The notes under the pieces were generated by a model. That model was not told the DNA's origin and ran no database searches. It saw only the letters and a program-made list of their open reading frames with translations. Of a stretch of DNA of 32,000 nt, positions 8,224-21,812 are shown piece after piece (positions within the stretch are counted from its first letter, which is position 1; each line of letters begins with the position of its first letter). The stretch lies in the NCBI RefSeq assembly GCF_000196355.1, contig NC_007614.1, positions 2,340,001 through 2,372,000 of the forward strand. The letters are read 5' to 3'. Source of the stretch: Nitrosospira multiformis ATCC 25196. Lineage in GTDB: Bacteria > Pseudomonadota > Gammaproteobacteria > Burkholderiales > Nitrosomonadaceae. The translations under genes were made by a program, and so were the position numbers.

Positions 8224-8285
8224 GGCAAACACCCCTCCTTTCAAGGTCAAGTTTGCCGAAAAACTCACTTTCTGTCTGGTCCTGA

Positions 8286-8450
8286 ATTCCTAAAGCAGAT
8301 CAGAGATCGTTGCCTCGGCTTTATGCCTCCATGGTAGAGAAGATACGAATATACCGTCGCAGGCGGCTTTGCAATATCTCTAGCAATTACACTCATAGCA
8401 ACCCCTTGCTGCCATAACCGCCAAATACACGCTTTGCGTTCATCAGTCAT
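8286..8450 (-). pseudogene. IS30-family transposase N-terminal fragment
   Basis: MTDERKACIWRLWQQGVAMSVIARDIAKPPATVYSYLLYHGGIKPRQRS; resembles the N-terminal HTH of IS30-type transposases (..HGGIxPxxR..). Truncated at the IS3 end. Confidence 0.55.
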
Positions 8451-8581
8451 GCCACCATATACACTAGCCATTGCACACCTCTACAAATCAAGAATCAATA
8501 GGTGTTGCACTGACCGGTTGAATGCGCCCGTGTCTTGTTGTGTAATTTGAATTAGAGGGTTACAAAATGGTTACATTTTAG

Positions 8582-8623
8582 AAAAAAAAAAGGAGTTACA
8601 GTAGATTCTACTTGTAACTCCTT
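8582..8623 (-). terminator. Rho-independent terminator downstream of tRNA(CAT)
   Basis: On the minus strand: AAGGAGTTACAAGTAGA-ATCTACTGTAACTCCTT followed by a T tract (A tract 8582-8590 on plus). Confidence 0.85.
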
Positions 8624-8629
8624 GTTTAC

Positions 8630-8706
<77 letters not shown>

Positions 8707-8763
8707 TTTACAACTTTAAAACTCTTAACTTGGAGCTGTATTGAACTGGATACTGAAGGCTAG

Positions 8764-10935
<2,172 letters not shown>

Positions 10936-11069
10936 CTTTGCTTTTACCGCTGTTTGGACTTGTGTCCGGGTTTGACCACATTCTTTTCTGAGTTCTTTCC
11001 GTTGAAAGGAAAAATTTTTCTATTATATCAGAACATGCTTGCATTCATACCACAGCTGACAATTCTGCT

Positions 11070-12848
11070 TTATGGCATTGCCATCCGCTGAAGCTCCTCC
11101 CTTTCCTCGGGGGTAAGGGCACTCAGGGATTTATTGTGCAGCACTGCCATGCGTTGCTTGCGTTTCATCTCATGTAATCGCGCCATCGCTCCGGCAAATT
11201 CCGCTTCCAGGTCGAGTTCGCCGTCCCAGCCAAGTGTTTTGCTTGCCGCCTGTTCAAGGATTGCGCGGTAGGGACTAGCACGGAAATGAACAGTCATCAA
11301 AGGTATCAACGTCCCTTCTCCCATATGGGGGTGGACGTCGATAAATTCAACGAGCGCCGCTAGCGCTGCTACTTCTTTCTCATATTCCTGGTCATATGCA
11401 AGCAGTTCCCTGTCAAGCTTCTGGATATAAGCAGGGTGGTACAACAATATCTGGAGCAGCCACTCGTAGGGAGAAACAGGCTTCGGACGGGAAGGCTTTT
11501 CGCGAACCGGAAAAGCGGTAACGCGTCTGATCTTCAAAATACCTTCCAACTCCCGCTCGCTCAGACCACTGATCTCCGCCAATCGCTTCACCAGCATCAG
11601 TGCAAGTCCGGGTGCGGCGACTCGCGCCAGCAAGGGTTTGGCATCCTGCACCAGCTTGGCACGCCCCTCGCTACTTTTGAGATCGGTTCGCGCCGACAGT
11701 TCCCTGAAAAGAAAAACAGACAGAGGCAATGTTTGCTCAAGCAGCTTTTCGAAGGCGCTTCTGCCATGATTGCGGATGTAACTGTCAGGATCCTCCCCCT
11801 CCGGCAGAAAAAGAAAACCGATGCTCTTGCCGTCGGCAAGCTGGGCGAGGCTGTCCTCCAGCGCGCGCCAAGCCGCTTTTTTTCCAGCGCTGTCTGCATC
11901 AAAGCAAAAGACGATATTATCGGTCTGGCGCAGCAGCTTCTGGATATGGTAGGGGGTGGTGGCAGTGCCCAGGGTAGCCACCGCGTATTCGATTCCATGC
12001 TGGGAAAGAGCCACTACATCCATGTAGCCCTCCACCACGATAACCTTTCCCGCTTCCCGGATCGCCCGCCGGGCGCCAAAAAGATTATAGAGCTCGCGGC
12101 CTTTCTGGAATAGGGGTGTTTCCGGGGAATTGAGATACTTGGGCTCTCCTTTCTCCAGCACTCTGCCACCAAATCCGACAATCATCCCTTTGAGGTTGAC
12201 GATGGGAAACATGATGCGATCACGAAACCGGTCATAACACTTGCCTCCGTCACCCTCGACCATCAATCCGGCCTGTACCAGCAGGCGTTTTTGGGCATTA
12301 TCCGGCTGCCCGGGGAATGAAGTGTGCAGGTTCTGCCAACCTGCGGGAGCATATCCGATGCCAAAGCGCGCAGCGGTTGCACCCGTCAAGCCCCGCTGCT
12401 TCAAGTAGTCGATCGCATTTTTCGAAAGCTTGAGTTGCTCCCGGTAAAAACGCGCGGCAATCTTCATTGCCTCCAGCAACGCACCCGGGGAGTATTCTGT
12501 TCCGTTCGGCTTTACCCGTGCAGAATCTGATTGAGACCCTGATCCGGTTTCAGCTTGTTGCGCAGGCACCTGGAGCCCGATTCGGGCCGCAAGTTCACTC
12601 ACAGCCTCCACGAAGTGCATGCCATCGTACTCCATCACGAAACCAATGGCATTACCGTGGGCCCCGCAACCGAAACAATGATAAAACTGCTTGATGGGAC
12701 TTACCGTGAAGGAGGGAGTTTTTTCACTATGAAATGGGCAGCAGGCGCTATAGTTCGCGCCTGCTCTCCTGAGGGGCACATCGCGCTCGATGACATCGAC
12801 AATATCTGTCCGGTCGAGCAGTTCCTGAATGAATGATTGTGAAATCAT
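11070..12848 (-). CDS. dnaG: DNA primase
   Basis: MISQSFIQELLDRTDIVDVIERDVPLRRAGANYSACCPFHSEKTPSFTVSPIKQFYHCFGCGAHGNAI (zinc-binding domain) and VVEGYMDVVAL TOPRIM. Confidence 0.98.
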   Translation of the reverse strand: MISQSFIQELLDRTDIVDVIERDVPLRRAGANYSACCPFHSEKTPSFTVSPIKQFYHCFGCGAHGNAIGFVMEYDGMHFVEAVSELAARIGLQVPAQQAETGSGSQSDSARVKPNGTEYSPGALLEAMKIAARFYREQLKLSKNAIDYLKQRGLTGATAARFGIGYAPAGWQNLHTSFPGQPDNAQKRLLVQAGLMVEGDGGKCYDRFRDRIMFPIVNLKGMIVGFGGRVLEKGEPKYLNSPETPLFQKGRELYNLFGARRAIREAGKVIVVEGYMDVVALSQHGIEYAVATLGTATTPYHIQKLLRQTDNIVFCFDADSAGKKAAWRALEDSLAQLADGKSIGFLFLPEGEDPDSYIRNHGRSAFEKLLEQTLPLSVFLFRELSARTDLKSSEGRAKLVQDAKPLLARVAAPGLALMLVKRLAEISGLSERELEGILKIRRVTAFPVREKPSRPKPVSPYEWLLQILLYHPAYIQKLDRELLAYDQEYEKEVAALAALVEFIDVHPHMGEGTLIPLMTVHFRASPYRAILEQAASKTLGWDGELDLEAEFAGAMARLHEMKRKQRMAVLHNKSLSALTPEEREELQRMAMP

Positions 12849-12989
12849 TTATGACAGATCAGGCAAGTATGGGGAGAGTGGAGCGCGGGCAGAAAATTCA
12901 CTTGTGCGAGAAAAGAGCACTCCACTTTTTTGATACATGCAGTACTTGCAATTGAAGTCGGCTACCTCGATGAGGCCACAAGCGATGCG

Positions 12990-13436
12990 TCAGAGGGCGA
13001 GTCTGATCTTGACCAGGGCAGATACTTTGCTCATATCCGCCCGCCCGGAAAGCCTGGGCTTGAGCAACGCCATTACCCGCCCCATATCCTGTTGTCCCTT
13101 GGCGCCAACGGCCGAAATCGCTTCCGCGACAGCACATTCCACCTCATTATCGCTCAATGCCTGAGGCATGTAGGACTGCAGCACCTCCATTTCATACTTC
13201 TCTGCATCCGCGAGATCCTGCCGGTGGGCTGCTTCATATTGGACAATGGAGTCCCTGCGCTGCTTGAGCATTTTTTCGATAGCGGCAACGACAGCCGCAT
13301 CGTCCAGCTCTCTGCGCTCATCCACCTCGCGCTGTTTTATTGCAGCCTGCAACAGGCGGATGGCATCACGCAGCCGCGCATCACCCGCTCGCATCGCGGC
13401 TTTCATATCTTCGGTTATTTGCTGTTTCAGACTCAC
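12990..13436 (-). CDS. GatB/YqeY-domain protein
   Basis: MSLKQQITEDMKAAMRAGDARLRDAIRLLQAAIKQREVDER...; located between dnaG and rpsU as in many betaproteobacteria. Confidence 0.92.
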   Translation of the reverse strand: MSLKQQITEDMKAAMRAGDARLRDAIRLLQAAIKQREVDERRELDDAAVVAAIEKMLKQRRDSIVQYEAAHRQDLADAEKYEMEVLQSYMPQALSDNEVECAVAEAISAVGAKGQQDMGRVMALLKPRLSGRADMSKVSALVKIRLAL

Positions 13437-13500
13437 GGTGGCCGAACAGAAATTTACAGAGATTTATGGAGAACTGCTTATTTTTTAAGACTGACTTGAA

Positions 13501-13713
13501 CTAGTAAAGTTTCGGTGGAAGCAACTGGCTGCGCAGGCGCTTGTAGGTCCGTTTTACTGCTGCCGCCAGTTTGCGCTTGCGCTCGGCGGTCGGTTTTTCG
13601 TAAAATTCCCTGGCACGCAATTCGGTAAGCAGGCCTGTTTTCTCTATCGTGCGCTTAAAGCGGCGCATTGCGACTTCAAAAGGCTCGTTTTCCTTGACTT
13701 TAATAGTAGTCAT
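13501..13713 (-). CDS. rpsU: 30S ribosomal protein S21
   Basis: [63 protein letters not shown]. Confidence 0.98.
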   Translation of the reverse strand: MTTIKVKENEPFEVAMRRFKRTIEKTGLLTELRAREFYEKPTAERKRKLAAAVKRTYKRLRSQLLPPKLY

Positions 13714-13856
13714 GAAGATGGGGTTCCTTTCCTGAAAATGTTGATCAATAAAAAAGTGACGATCGGTCTTCGTCTAAATATAGACAGCCCACTATTATAT
13801 AACAAGTAACAATTCCTAAAAAACTCCTGTAAAGAATCTGATTCTCCCTGCCTCAA

Positions 13857-14900
13857 TTGCTCGTACTCGGAATTGAAACCTCCTGCGATGAAACGGGTGT
13901 CGCACTTTATCACACCCAGCAGGGCTTACTCAGCCATGCGCTATATTCGCAAATCGAAATGCATGGGGAATATGGCGGAGTAGTTCCCGAACTCGCCTCC
14001 CGCGACCACATCAGGCGGTTGCTGCCCCTCATCCGGCAGATATTTGCGGAAGCCGGCGTCTCACTGCGAGATCTGGATGCCATTGCATACACCCAGGGTC
14101 CCGGACTTGCCGGGGCCTTGCTCGTGGGTGCAAGCGTGGCAGCCGCGCTTGGTTTTGCGCTCAAAGTTCCCGTGCTGGGGATTCACCACCTCGAAGGCCA
14201 TCTTTTATCTCCTCTGCTCTCCGACCCCGCTCCTGCTTTTCCATTCGTAGCCCTGCTTGTATCGGGGGGTCATACGCAACTGATGGAAGTGACCGGTCTG
14301 GGGCAGTACCGATTGCTTGGCGAAACTGTGGACGATGCGGCAGGAGAAGCCTTCGACAAGACGGCCAAGCTGCTCGGTCTGGGTTATCCAGGAGGGCCCG
14401 CGCTTTCCCGTCTGGCGGATGAATTTACCCGATCAGGCCAATCCGCGCGCTTCGAGCTTCCACGACCCATGCTCCATAGCGGCGATTTCAATTTCAGCTT
14501 CAGTGGCCTCAAAACCGCCGTCCTGACGCTGGTGAACAAACACGAGATGACACCCCAGATTCGCGGTGCGATCGCACAAGCTTTCCAGGAGGCGGCAGTC
14601 GAAGTGCTGACCGAGAAATCGCTTGCGGCACTTGCAAAAACGGGACTTACCCAACTGGTAGTGGCTGGCGGGGTAGGAGCCAATCGTCAATTGAGGAGTA
14701 ATCTCGACCGCAGGGCAGGAACGATTGGCGCGACAGTATATTATCCGAAACTCGAATTCTGCACTGACAACGGGGCAATGATCGCATTTGCGGGAGCAAT
14801 GCGTCTGGAATCTGGAGAGTCTGAAAGTTCAAGGCTTGGCAAGTTCACGATAAACGCCCGCTGGGATCTGGAAATGCAGGAAATCGGGCGAGAAGCATAA
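13857..14900 (+). CDS. tsaD: tRNA N6-adenosine threonylcarbamoyltransferase
   Basis: [59 protein letters not shown]; apparent TTG start. Confidence 0.97.
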   Translation: MLVLGIETSCDETGVALYHTQQGLLSHALYSQIEMHGEYGGVVPELASRDHIRRLLPLIRQIFAEAGVSLRDLDAIAYTQGPGLAGALLVGASVAAALGFALKVPVLGIHHLEGHLLSPLLSDPAPAFPFVALLVSGGHTQLMEVTGLGQYRLLGETVDDAAGEAFDKTAKLLGLGYPGGPALSRLADEFTRSGQSARFELPRPMLHSGDFNFSFSGLKTAVLTLVNKHEMTPQIRGAIAQAFQEAAVEVLTEKSLAALAKTGLTQLVVAGGVGANRQLRSNLDRRAGTIGATVYYPKLEFCTDNGAMIAFAGAMRLESGESESSRLGKFTINARWDLEMQEIGREA

Positions 14901-14968
14901 GATGCCATCTGTTTCCGCACTTGTTCTGCTCCCCCGACAATATACCGGGAAGGCGGAGTGCCCAGCCC

Positions 14969-15577
14969 TCAAGAGGTACTGCGCTTGCCAATGCGCGATT
15001 CGCTGCCAGCGATCAGGCCGGCAATATTCGACTTATGCCGCCAGATGAGCAGCAGGGACATGATGAAAACTACAAGGGTGCGCGCTTCGAAGCCGAGAAA
15101 AAATAAGGCATAGAATGGCGCCAGGCTTGCTGCCACTATTGCCGCCAGCGATGAAAAACGCCACATCAACGCTACTGCGAGCCAGATTGTGGCCGCAAGC
15201 AACCCCATCCAAGGATTGAATCCCAACAGTATCCCCAGCGCGGTTGCCACTCCCTTTCCACCTTTGAAATGCAGAAACACGGGAAACAGGTGACCTAGAA
15301 AAACCCCCAGGGCGGCTGCCGCAACCGCCTCGTTACCCAACTCCAGAAGAGGTGCAGAATACTCCGCCAACGCGACCGCAAGCCAGCCTTTGCCTCCGTC
15401 CCCCAACAATGTAAATATCGCTGCGGATTTTTTTCCGGAGCGAAGGACGTTCGTGGCACCGGGATTGCCTGAGCCGTATGTGCGCGGATCAGGCAGCTGA
15501 AAGAACCGGCTCGCCAGCACGCCAAAGGAAATCGAACCCAGCAAATATGCTGGTAGAATCAAAGCTATCAGCGTCAT
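14969..15577 (-). CDS. plsY: Acyl-phosphate glycerol-3-phosphate acyltransferase
   Basis: LLGSISFGVLASRFFQLPDPRTYGSGNPGATNVLRSGKKSAAIFTLLGDGGKG...HLFPVFLHFKGGKGVATALG. Confidence 0.96.
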   Translation of the reverse strand: MTLIALILPAYLLGSISFGVLASRFFQLPDPRTYGSGNPGATNVLRSGKKSAAIFTLLGDGGKGWLAVALAEYSAPLLELGNEAVAAAALGVFLGHLFPVFLHFKGGKGVATALGILLGFNPWMGLLAATIWLAVALMWRFSSLAAIVAASLAPFYALFFLGFEARTLVVFIMSLLLIWRHKSNIAGLIAGSESRIGKRSTS

Positions 15578-15698
15578 GTCGTTAGCGCCCTCTTAGGAAC
15601 CGCTGAACAAACCCCTCGTAAATAGAATAAAATCCCCTGCTGATTCTACTTGAAAAACAGCTTGGTAATGCTGCCCGCCGATGCTTTAATGCTTAACA

Positions 15699-16058
15699 AT
15701 GGATATTATCTTCCTGCACGAACTCAAAGTTAAAACGCTGATTGGAATTTACCCGTGGGAACTCAAAGTTGCGCAGACCATCCAGCTCGATCTAGAAATC
15801 GCATTGCCGACGAGCCAGGCCTGTCAGACCGACAATTTCGAGGACGCGCTGGATTATGCCCTCATTGTGCAGCGCATTCAGCAGGTCCTTTCCGAAAGAC
15901 ATTTTTCCCTGCTTGAAGCCTTGGCCGAGCACATCGCGCAAACCATCCTGCTCGAATTCAAATCACCGTGGGTCAAGGTAAGTGTGGCGAAACTGAGCGC
16001 AATTCGCGGTGTAAAAAAAGTAGGTGTGCGCATCGAACGCACATCATGCGGCCATTAA
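15699..16058 (+). CDS. folB: Dihydroneopterin aldolase
   Basis: MDIIFLHELKVKTLIGIYPWELKVAQTIQLDLEIALPTSQA...DNFEDALDYALIVQRIQQVLSERHFSLLEALAEHIAQTIL. Confidence 0.93.
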   Translation: MDIIFLHELKVKTLIGIYPWELKVAQTIQLDLEIALPTSQACQTDNFEDALDYALIVQRIQQVLSERHFSLLEALAEHIAQTILLEFKSPWVKVSVAKLSAIRGVKKVGVRIERTSCGH

Positions 16059-16255
16059 GGGGCGCTGGAAGCATCCCGGTAAGTGCCTGCCTCACGCAGG
16101 GGAGCACTTCTATTACGATACTATTTCGCCATCGATCGTCGATATTGGTTCCAGGGGCTGGCCCGCATCCCTTTCTCCAACGCGTCCAAGGCGAGGCTTC
16201 CGAACGTGAACGAGGGCTGCCTGAGGTGCGTCCGTGATGCGGTGAAATATCCAGG

Positions 16256-16858
16256 CTAGCCCGCTGCGAGTGCCGCCTCTATTTCAGTAAAGGTCCTGGC
16301 AATTTCCACTGAAGGAATGGTAGTTCCAAGCTGCTTCTCGATTTGCGTCAAGGAAAAGATTCCGCAAACGATGGGCTGGCCATCCCCGCCATTCTCTATT
16401 ACCAGTGTATGCTGCCGGCCGGTGTCACACAGGCTGGCGATGATATTCCCGACTCTTGCATGCCGGATTTCCGACATGTGAATCGCCTCCAGACGATCCA
16501 AGGGAGTCATGATGTCGGAAACGAGAATTTCATTGTGCTTGACGCACCTTTCCTGAATGAAACGCAGCGGTTTTTCCCCCAGAATATCGGTCGCCGTAAT
16601 AATGCCTGCGAGAAGCTTGTCCCGATTCAACACAAGCAGAGATCGTATTCCGCGCAGCATCATATAGGCATTAGCCGACTCCATGGTCACATCCGGCTGG
16701 ATTACGGCGGCCGGAATATGCCGTAAGTCGGTCATTACAGCGAGGGCGGGTGATGTCAGAGTTACCGGTTCAGGCTGGGCTGGCGTCGCGACCCGTACAG
16801 CGCCCGTGAGACGCTGCGCCGGGAGGAGATGATAGTCGGACATAGCGATATCCTCCAC
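16256..16858 (-). CDS. CBS-domain-pair protein
   Basis: 200 aa with two CBS-like units: AYMMLRGIRSLLVLNRDKLLAGIITATDILGEK and VGNIIASLCDTGRQHTLVIENGGDGQPIVCGIFSLTQIEK. Confidence 0.8.
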   Translation of the reverse strand: MEDIAMSDYHLLPAQRLTGAVRVATPAQPEPVTLTSPALAVMTDLRHIPAAVIQPDVTMESANAYMMLRGIRSLLVLNRDKLLAGIITATDILGEKPLRFIQERCVKHNEILVSDIMTPLDRLEAIHMSEIRHARVGNIIASLCDTGRQHTLVIENGGDGQPIVCGIFSLTQIEKQLGTTIPSVEIARTFTEIEAALAAG

Positions 16859-17296
16859 GTTAGGGAGGGAATACGCTCGAAGTCAGTAAAATCGAATTCA
16901 AGCATTCCCCCAAATCTAACTCTACGCCCACCTTCACAAAGGGTCAATGCGACTTTTTGTAATGTCGGAATACAGTAAACCCGAACCGCAAAAAGAGCCT
17001 CTCATAGGTACGCTGCTTGGCCCGCCATCCTTTCATTCATGCATTTGAAGTACAGGGCTATCTATACTTTCTGGCAGAAAAAAACTGTTGCGGACGCAAA
17101 ACGTCAGCTTTTGCTTGATCCGACTTTATGTGGGAAAACGAACAGAGGCGCGTAGCCAAACTGTAGAAGATTGCTCTCACGCTTATCGCAGAGATGACGC
17201 CGATTGATCTGTCCTGTTTGCGGTTTGCGGCAGGCTCGATTAGAACATTCAGTAATTGCTATTCTATCTGACAGTTTCTTTCGTGGAGAACGATAT

Positions 17297-17482
17297 ATGA
17301 AAAACGCGTACAGGGGCTTCGATCTCAATACTGCCGAATTTGATAATTGGTTTGAACCTGCCACTACCCGGATGGCAAAGCATGCCAAATCAAATAAAAA
17401 CAAGCTCTGGGGTGACTTCGAAGGTAGCCGGATAAACCGAAAGAAAAAGCGCGATGCCCGATCCGACTTGTGGGCGAAATAG
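17297..17482 (+). CDS. Small (about 61 aa) basic hypothetical protein
   Basis: Internal ATG after GGAGAACG within ORF 17204..17482; the likely product is MKNAYRGFDLNTAEFDNWFEPATTRMAKHAKSNKNKLWGDFEGSRINRKKKRDARSDLWAK. Start position approximate. Confidence 0.35.
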   Translation: MKNAYRGFDLNTAEFDNWFEPATTRMAKHAKSNKNKLWGDFEGSRINRKKKRDARSDLWAK

Positions 17483-17546
17483 AGAGCGATTTTTCTCTTA
17501 AATCAACAAGCCCTTCGACAGATTTCTGGGTGCAGCTTCATCTCCC

Positions 17547-18266
17547 TCAGAAATTGTCGAAGCGACTGACATCCCTGATATCTTCGATATCCTTGTTCAG
17601 CCGGCTCAGCATCACTGCCGGTTCAGTCGCCTGGGTAATAGGTCTGCCAATAACAAGATAATCCGCTCCGTTCTCAATCGCCTGGCGAGGGGTCGATATC
17701 CTCCGCTGTTCATCCGGGGAACTATCGGCTGGCCGTATTCCGGGCGTGACCAGACAGAAGTCAGCGCCTATCGCATTCCTCAGCCTGGAAGTTTCGAGCG
17801 GGGAACATACGACCCCATCCAGCCCGCAATCCCGGGTGAGCGCTGCAAGGCGCTGCACCACGTCCTGTGGTTCACCCTTCAGACCCACTTCATCGAGATC
17901 GCTCTGGTCCATGCTGGTCAGCAGCGTCACTGCGATGAGCCTGACCGAGCCCGGCGGTACAGCTTCACGAGCTGCTGCCAGCATTCGTCTTCCGCCCAGC
18001 GCATGCACGTTCATCATCCACACTCCCAAAGCTGCGGCTGTCCTGCATGCATTTGCCACTGTAGTGGGAATATCGTGGAATTTCAGATCGAGGAAGATTT
18101 CGAAACCTTTACCCATCATCTTTTCCACCAACTGCGGTCCGGCAGCGGTAAAAAGTTCTTTGCCGACTTTAAGCCGGCATAGCGAGGGATCCAGACGGGC
18201 TACAAGATCGAGTGCGGATGTGGAATCCGGAAAATCCAGGGCGACGATAATACGAGGATCATTCAT
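17547..18266 (-). CDS. pyrF: Orotidine 5'-phosphate decarboxylase
   Basis: [75 protein letters not shown]. Confidence 0.96.
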   Translation of the reverse strand: MNDPRIIVALDFPDSTSALDLVARLDPSLCRLKVGKELFTAAGPQLVEKMMGKGFEIFLDLKFHDIPTTVANACRTAAALGVWMMNVHALGGRRMLAAAREAVPPGSVRLIAVTLLTSMDQSDLDEVGLKGEPQDVVQRLAALTRDCGLDGVVCSPLETSRLRNAIGADFCLVTPGIRPADSSPDEQRRISTPRQAIENGADYLVIGRPITQATEPAVMLSRLNKDIEDIRDVSRFDNF

Positions 18267-18310
18267 ATGTAATTTATCGGGAACGAAAATCACAGGAAGG
18301 TACGGTTGAT

Positions 18311-18571
18311 TTACAAATGAACGTCCGGGACGTCATATTTTTTCCGGTATGAGGCGAGTTGCCGTCTTTGCCTGAATACGATGGCGAGACAGGACGCAGC
18401 GCCCACCATCACCCCCAGGGCAAAGAAAAACAATATTACCAGTACCAGCGGGGCCGTCCATTCATAACCGAAGTAATAATAAAGCGTTACCGGTTCGACA
18501 TTTCTCACGGCAAAACCCAGCAGGAGGAGAAACAGTACAATCCGCAGGAACCATATCAGATAACGCATCAT
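18311..18571 (-). CDS. lapA: LapA/DUF1049-type inner-membrane protein
   Basis: Internal start [76 protein letters not shown], immediately downstream of ihfB. The start coordinate is approximate. Confidence 0.8.
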   Translation of the reverse strand: MMRYLIWFLRIVLFLLLLGFAVRNVEPVTLYYYFGYEWTAPLVLVILFFFALGVMVGAASCLAIVFRQRRQLASYRKKYDVPDVHL

Positions 18572-18747
18572 CAGTTTTTCCGGAAAAGAACCCGCGTTGG
18601 CAGCGGGAACATTGCTCAAACCAGGACAACATGGCGCAGGTAATCGACCTGGAACGTGTCCACGTGCAAAAGTGCCCACGTGCATAAAAAAGCGGCATGA
18701 TCTTTCAATCACGCCGCCATTATATCCATCCGTTCAATTCGCGTTTT

Positions 18748-19032
18748 TCAGTTTTTCTGATCCACCCGTTCCCTCATTTCCTTTCCTGCCTTGAAATGAG
18801 GGACATATTTTTCCGGTACCCGAACTTTTTCTCCCGATTTTGGGTTGCGTCCGACACGCGGGGGACGATAGTTTAGATCGAAACTGCCAAATCCGCGAAT
18901 TTCAATACGCTGCCCTTGTGACAAACTCTTCGCCATCGCGTCAAGTATAACCTTGACTGCCAGCTCGGCATCTTTTGTTCCCAGTTGAGGATGGCGAGCT
19001 GCAAGCCTCGCGATCAGTTCAGACTTTGTCAT
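18748..19032 (-). CDS. ihfB: Integration host factor subunit beta
   Basis: [91 protein letters not shown]. Confidence 0.97.
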   Translation of the reverse strand: MTKSELIARLAARHPQLGTKDAELAVKVILDAMAKSLSQGQRIEIRGFGSFDLNYRPPRVGRNPKSGEKVRVPEKYVPHFKAGKEMRERVDQKN

Positions 19033-19040
19033 GATGCCCT

Positions 19041-20756
19041 TTATTGTTCCGTATTCTTAACATCCATCTTGGCCTTGAGCAAAGCACCCAGACTGGTGGT
19101 TCCCGCGCTGGCGGATGCGTCGCCTGCCACCTTCTGCATCGCGTCGGATTCCTCCGCCATATCCTTCGCCTTGATCGAAAGGTTAATGCCGCGATTTTTG
19201 CGATCGACGTTAATGATCATCGCCTCAACCACATCACCTTCCTTCAAGTGGGAACGAATGTCCTCAACCCGGTCGCGCGACACTTCTGACGCGCGCAGGT
19301 AGCCTTCGACATCATTCTCGAGTGAAATCACGGCGCCCTTCGCATCAATCGACTTTACCGTCCCTTTGACAATACTGTTCTTGTCATGCACCGAGACAAA
19401 GCTGTTGAAGGGATCGCCTTCCAATTGCTTGATGCCAAGCGAGATGCGCTCGCGCTCCACATCGATGGACAGCACGACCGCCTCGACCTCGTCACCCTTC
19501 TTGTAATTGCGCACGGCTTCTTCCCCCGGCTGATTCCAGGAAAGATCGGAAAGATGCACCAGTCCGTCTATCCCGCCTTGCAGCCCGATAAAGACGCCGA
19601 AATCCGTAATGGATTTGATCTGACCTCGCACCTTGTCGCCTTTTTGATGATTCATGGCGAAATCTTCCCAGGGATTCACTTTGCACTGCTTCATGCCGAG
19701 CGAAATGCGACGCCGCTCTTCATCGATCTCAAGAATCATCACTTCTACTTCATCGCCCAATTGCACAACTTTGGACGGGTACACGTTCTTGTTGGTCCAA
19801 TCCATTTCGGAGACATGCACGAGGCCTTCAATGCCTTGCTCGATTTCAACAAACGCGCCGTAATCGGTAAGGTTGCTGACCTTGCCGAACAAGCGGGTAT
19901 GGGGCGGATACCGCCGCGACAATCCTACCCATGGATCTTCCGTCAATTGCTTCATACCCAGTGAAACGCGGTTTTTTTCCTGATCGAATTTGAGGACTTT
20001 CGCGGTTACTTCATCACCGACACTGATGACCTCGGAGGGGTGCTTTACCCGCCGCCACGCAAGATCGGTAATGTGCAGCAAGCCGTCTATGCCCCCCAGA
20101 TCCACGAATGCGCCGTAATCGGTAATATTCTTGACAATACCCTTGACGATCGCGCCTTCGGTCAGATTGGCGAGCAACGTCTGGCGGTCAGCCCCCTGGG
20201 TTTCTTCCAGCACTGCACGGCGAGATACCACCACGTTGTTTCGCTTCCGGTCAAGTTTGATAACCTTGAATTCCATCTCCTTGTTTTCGTAAGGAGTCGT
20301 ATCCTTGACCGGCCTGATATCCACCAGCGAGCCGGGCAGAAAGGCGCGAATACCATTGATCATGGCAGTCAATCCACCTTTGACCTTGCCGCTCACGACA
20401 CCCGATACGATGGCGCCGCTTTCCATTGCAGCCTCCAGGTCATGCCAGGCGGTAAGGCGCTTTGCTTTGTCCCGTGACAGGCGGGTTTCGCCATAGCCAT
20501 CTTCCAGCGCCTCGATGGCGACGCTGACAAAATCGCCGGGCTTGGCTTCAACTTCGCCCTTGTCGTTCTTGAACTCGTCGACGGGGATGAAACTCTCTGA
20601 TTTGAGCCCGGCGTTTACGACTACGATGTTGTAATCGACCCGGACGACCTGCGCGGTGATGACTTCACCGATACGCATTTCCTGACGGGAAAGGCTTTCT
20701 TCAAATAACGCTGCGAAACTTTCAGAAGAGTCGACAGCGGGGGAAACAGTAGCCAT
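19041..20756 (-). CDS. rpsA: 30S ribosomal protein S1
   Basis: 571 aa with repeated S1 domains, e.g. [12 protein letters not shown]..., [67 protein letters not shown]. Confidence 0.98.
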   Translation of the reverse strand: MATVSPAVDSSESFAALFEESLSRQEMRIGEVITAQVVRVDYNIVVVNAGLKSESFIPVDEFKNDKGEVEAKPGDFVSVAIEALEDGYGETRLSRDKAKRLTAWHDLEAAMESGAIVSGVVSGKVKGGLTAMINGIRAFLPGSLVDIRPVKDTTPYENKEMEFKVIKLDRKRNNVVVSRRAVLEETQGADRQTLLANLTEGAIVKGIVKNITDYGAFVDLGGIDGLLHITDLAWRRVKHPSEVISVGDEVTAKVLKFDQEKNRVSLGMKQLTEDPWVGLSRRYPPHTRLFGKVSNLTDYGAFVEIEQGIEGLVHVSEMDWTNKNVYPSKVVQLGDEVEVMILEIDEERRRISLGMKQCKVNPWEDFAMNHQKGDKVRGQIKSITDFGVFIGLQGGIDGLVHLSDLSWNQPGEEAVRNYKKGDEVEAVVLSIDVERERISLGIKQLEGDPFNSFVSVHDKNSIVKGTVKSIDAKGAVISLENDVEGYLRASEVSRDRVEDIRSHLKEGDVVEAMIINVDRKNRGINLSIKAKDMAEESDAMQKVAGDASASAGTTSLGALLKAKMDVKNTEQ

Positions 20757-21122
20757 TGTAAGAACACCTGATGTGGTCCCATCAAAACCAACAGGTTTTC
20801 ATGGGGTTAGGGTTAATAATAACTGCCCTGATGGTTCTCTTTTTTCTGAGAGCCATAACGATATGGCAGCGCTCGTATTACCGATGTTTCGACTGCCCGG
20901 ACATTCGAAATATCCAGCTTCAACTACACTTCCTGCTCTGGTTCATCCTGAATCCGGTTGCCCGGCATCCGACGTGATTGAATGCGAAAAAAAAAATGAT
21001 CCGGGGAATGGATTTTTTACGTGTTCCTGTCACTCAGGAGCGCTTGAAGCCAAGCGAGGGTGAGCTTATAGGATTTGACGGATGGAACCTATTGATGGAT
21101 AAAACCTCTCTACACAACATAC

Positions 21123-21812
21123 TCAAATGGATCCTTTTGCAGAAATTTCAGCGTACAGACACAATACGCGATCTACCGCCTGGTTGATGTCGAGTGAAGT
21201 GGTATCCAGCAAATGTGTACCTGCGCCCAGTTGCAATGGCGCAATGCTGCGATTGCTATCCCGCGCATCGCGCTCCCGTATGTCCTGCAAAAGGGTGGCA
21301 ATATTAGCATCCATTCCTTTTTCCATCAACTGCTTATAACGCCGCTGAGCACGTGTTTCAGCAGTCGCCGTGAGAAATACTTTGAGGATGGCAGCGGGAA
21401 ACACAACCGATCCCATGTCGCGACCGTCGGCTACCAAGCCCGGAATCTGGCAGAATGCACGCTGACGTTCCAGCAGCGCCGCGCGGACGAGAGGATAAGC
21501 GGCTACTCTGGAAGCCGCATTGCCGCATTCTTCCGAGCGTATTACATCCGTGACGTTTTCATTGTCCAGGCGAATCTCCGCATCCGCAAAAACGACATTC
21601 AGATGTGCAGCGACTTCGCTCAGCGCATGCTCATCCTTGAGCTCGATTCCCGATCGCATTGCCGCCAGCGCCGCCAGCCGGTACAGCGCGCCGCTGTCCA
21701 GATAGTGAAAGCCGAGTTTTGCGGCGACCCGTTGCGCTACGGTGCCCTTGCCGGAAGCAGAAGGACCGTCAATCGCGATGACGGGAATATCCTGAATAGT
21801 CTTATCGTTCAT
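21123..21812 (-). CDS. cmk: Cytidylate kinase
   Basis: [40 protein letters not shown]...[10 protein letters not shown]. Confidence 0.97.
   Translation of the reverse strand: MNDKTIQDIPVIAIDGPSASGKGTVAQRVAAKLGFHYLDSGALYRLAALAAMRSGIELKDEHALSEVAAHLNVVFADAEIRLDNENVTDVIRSEECGNAASRVAAYPLVRAALLERQRAFCQIPGLVADGRDMGSVVFPAAILKVFLTATAETRAQRRYKQLMEKGMDANIATLLQDIRERDARDSNRSIAPLQLGAGTHLLDTTSLDINQAVDRVLCLYAEISAKGSI

Larger units (their letters stand above)
7086..8284 (-). mobile_element. IS3-family insertion sequence, about 1.2 kb, degraded
   Basis: OrfA and OrfB homologs inside imperfect inverted repeats: left CAGGACCATTCCGAGAGTTAGTTTTCGGC (7086-7114), right (reverse complement of 8255-8284) CAGGACCAGACAGAAAGTGAGTTTTTCGGC. 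Confidence 0.75.

Noticed and set aside
18311-18712. Long 133-aa N-terminal extension of LapA
   Set aside because: The conserved part starts at [13 protein letters not shown]. The upstream residues lack conservation features and likely reflect an extended non-coding frame.
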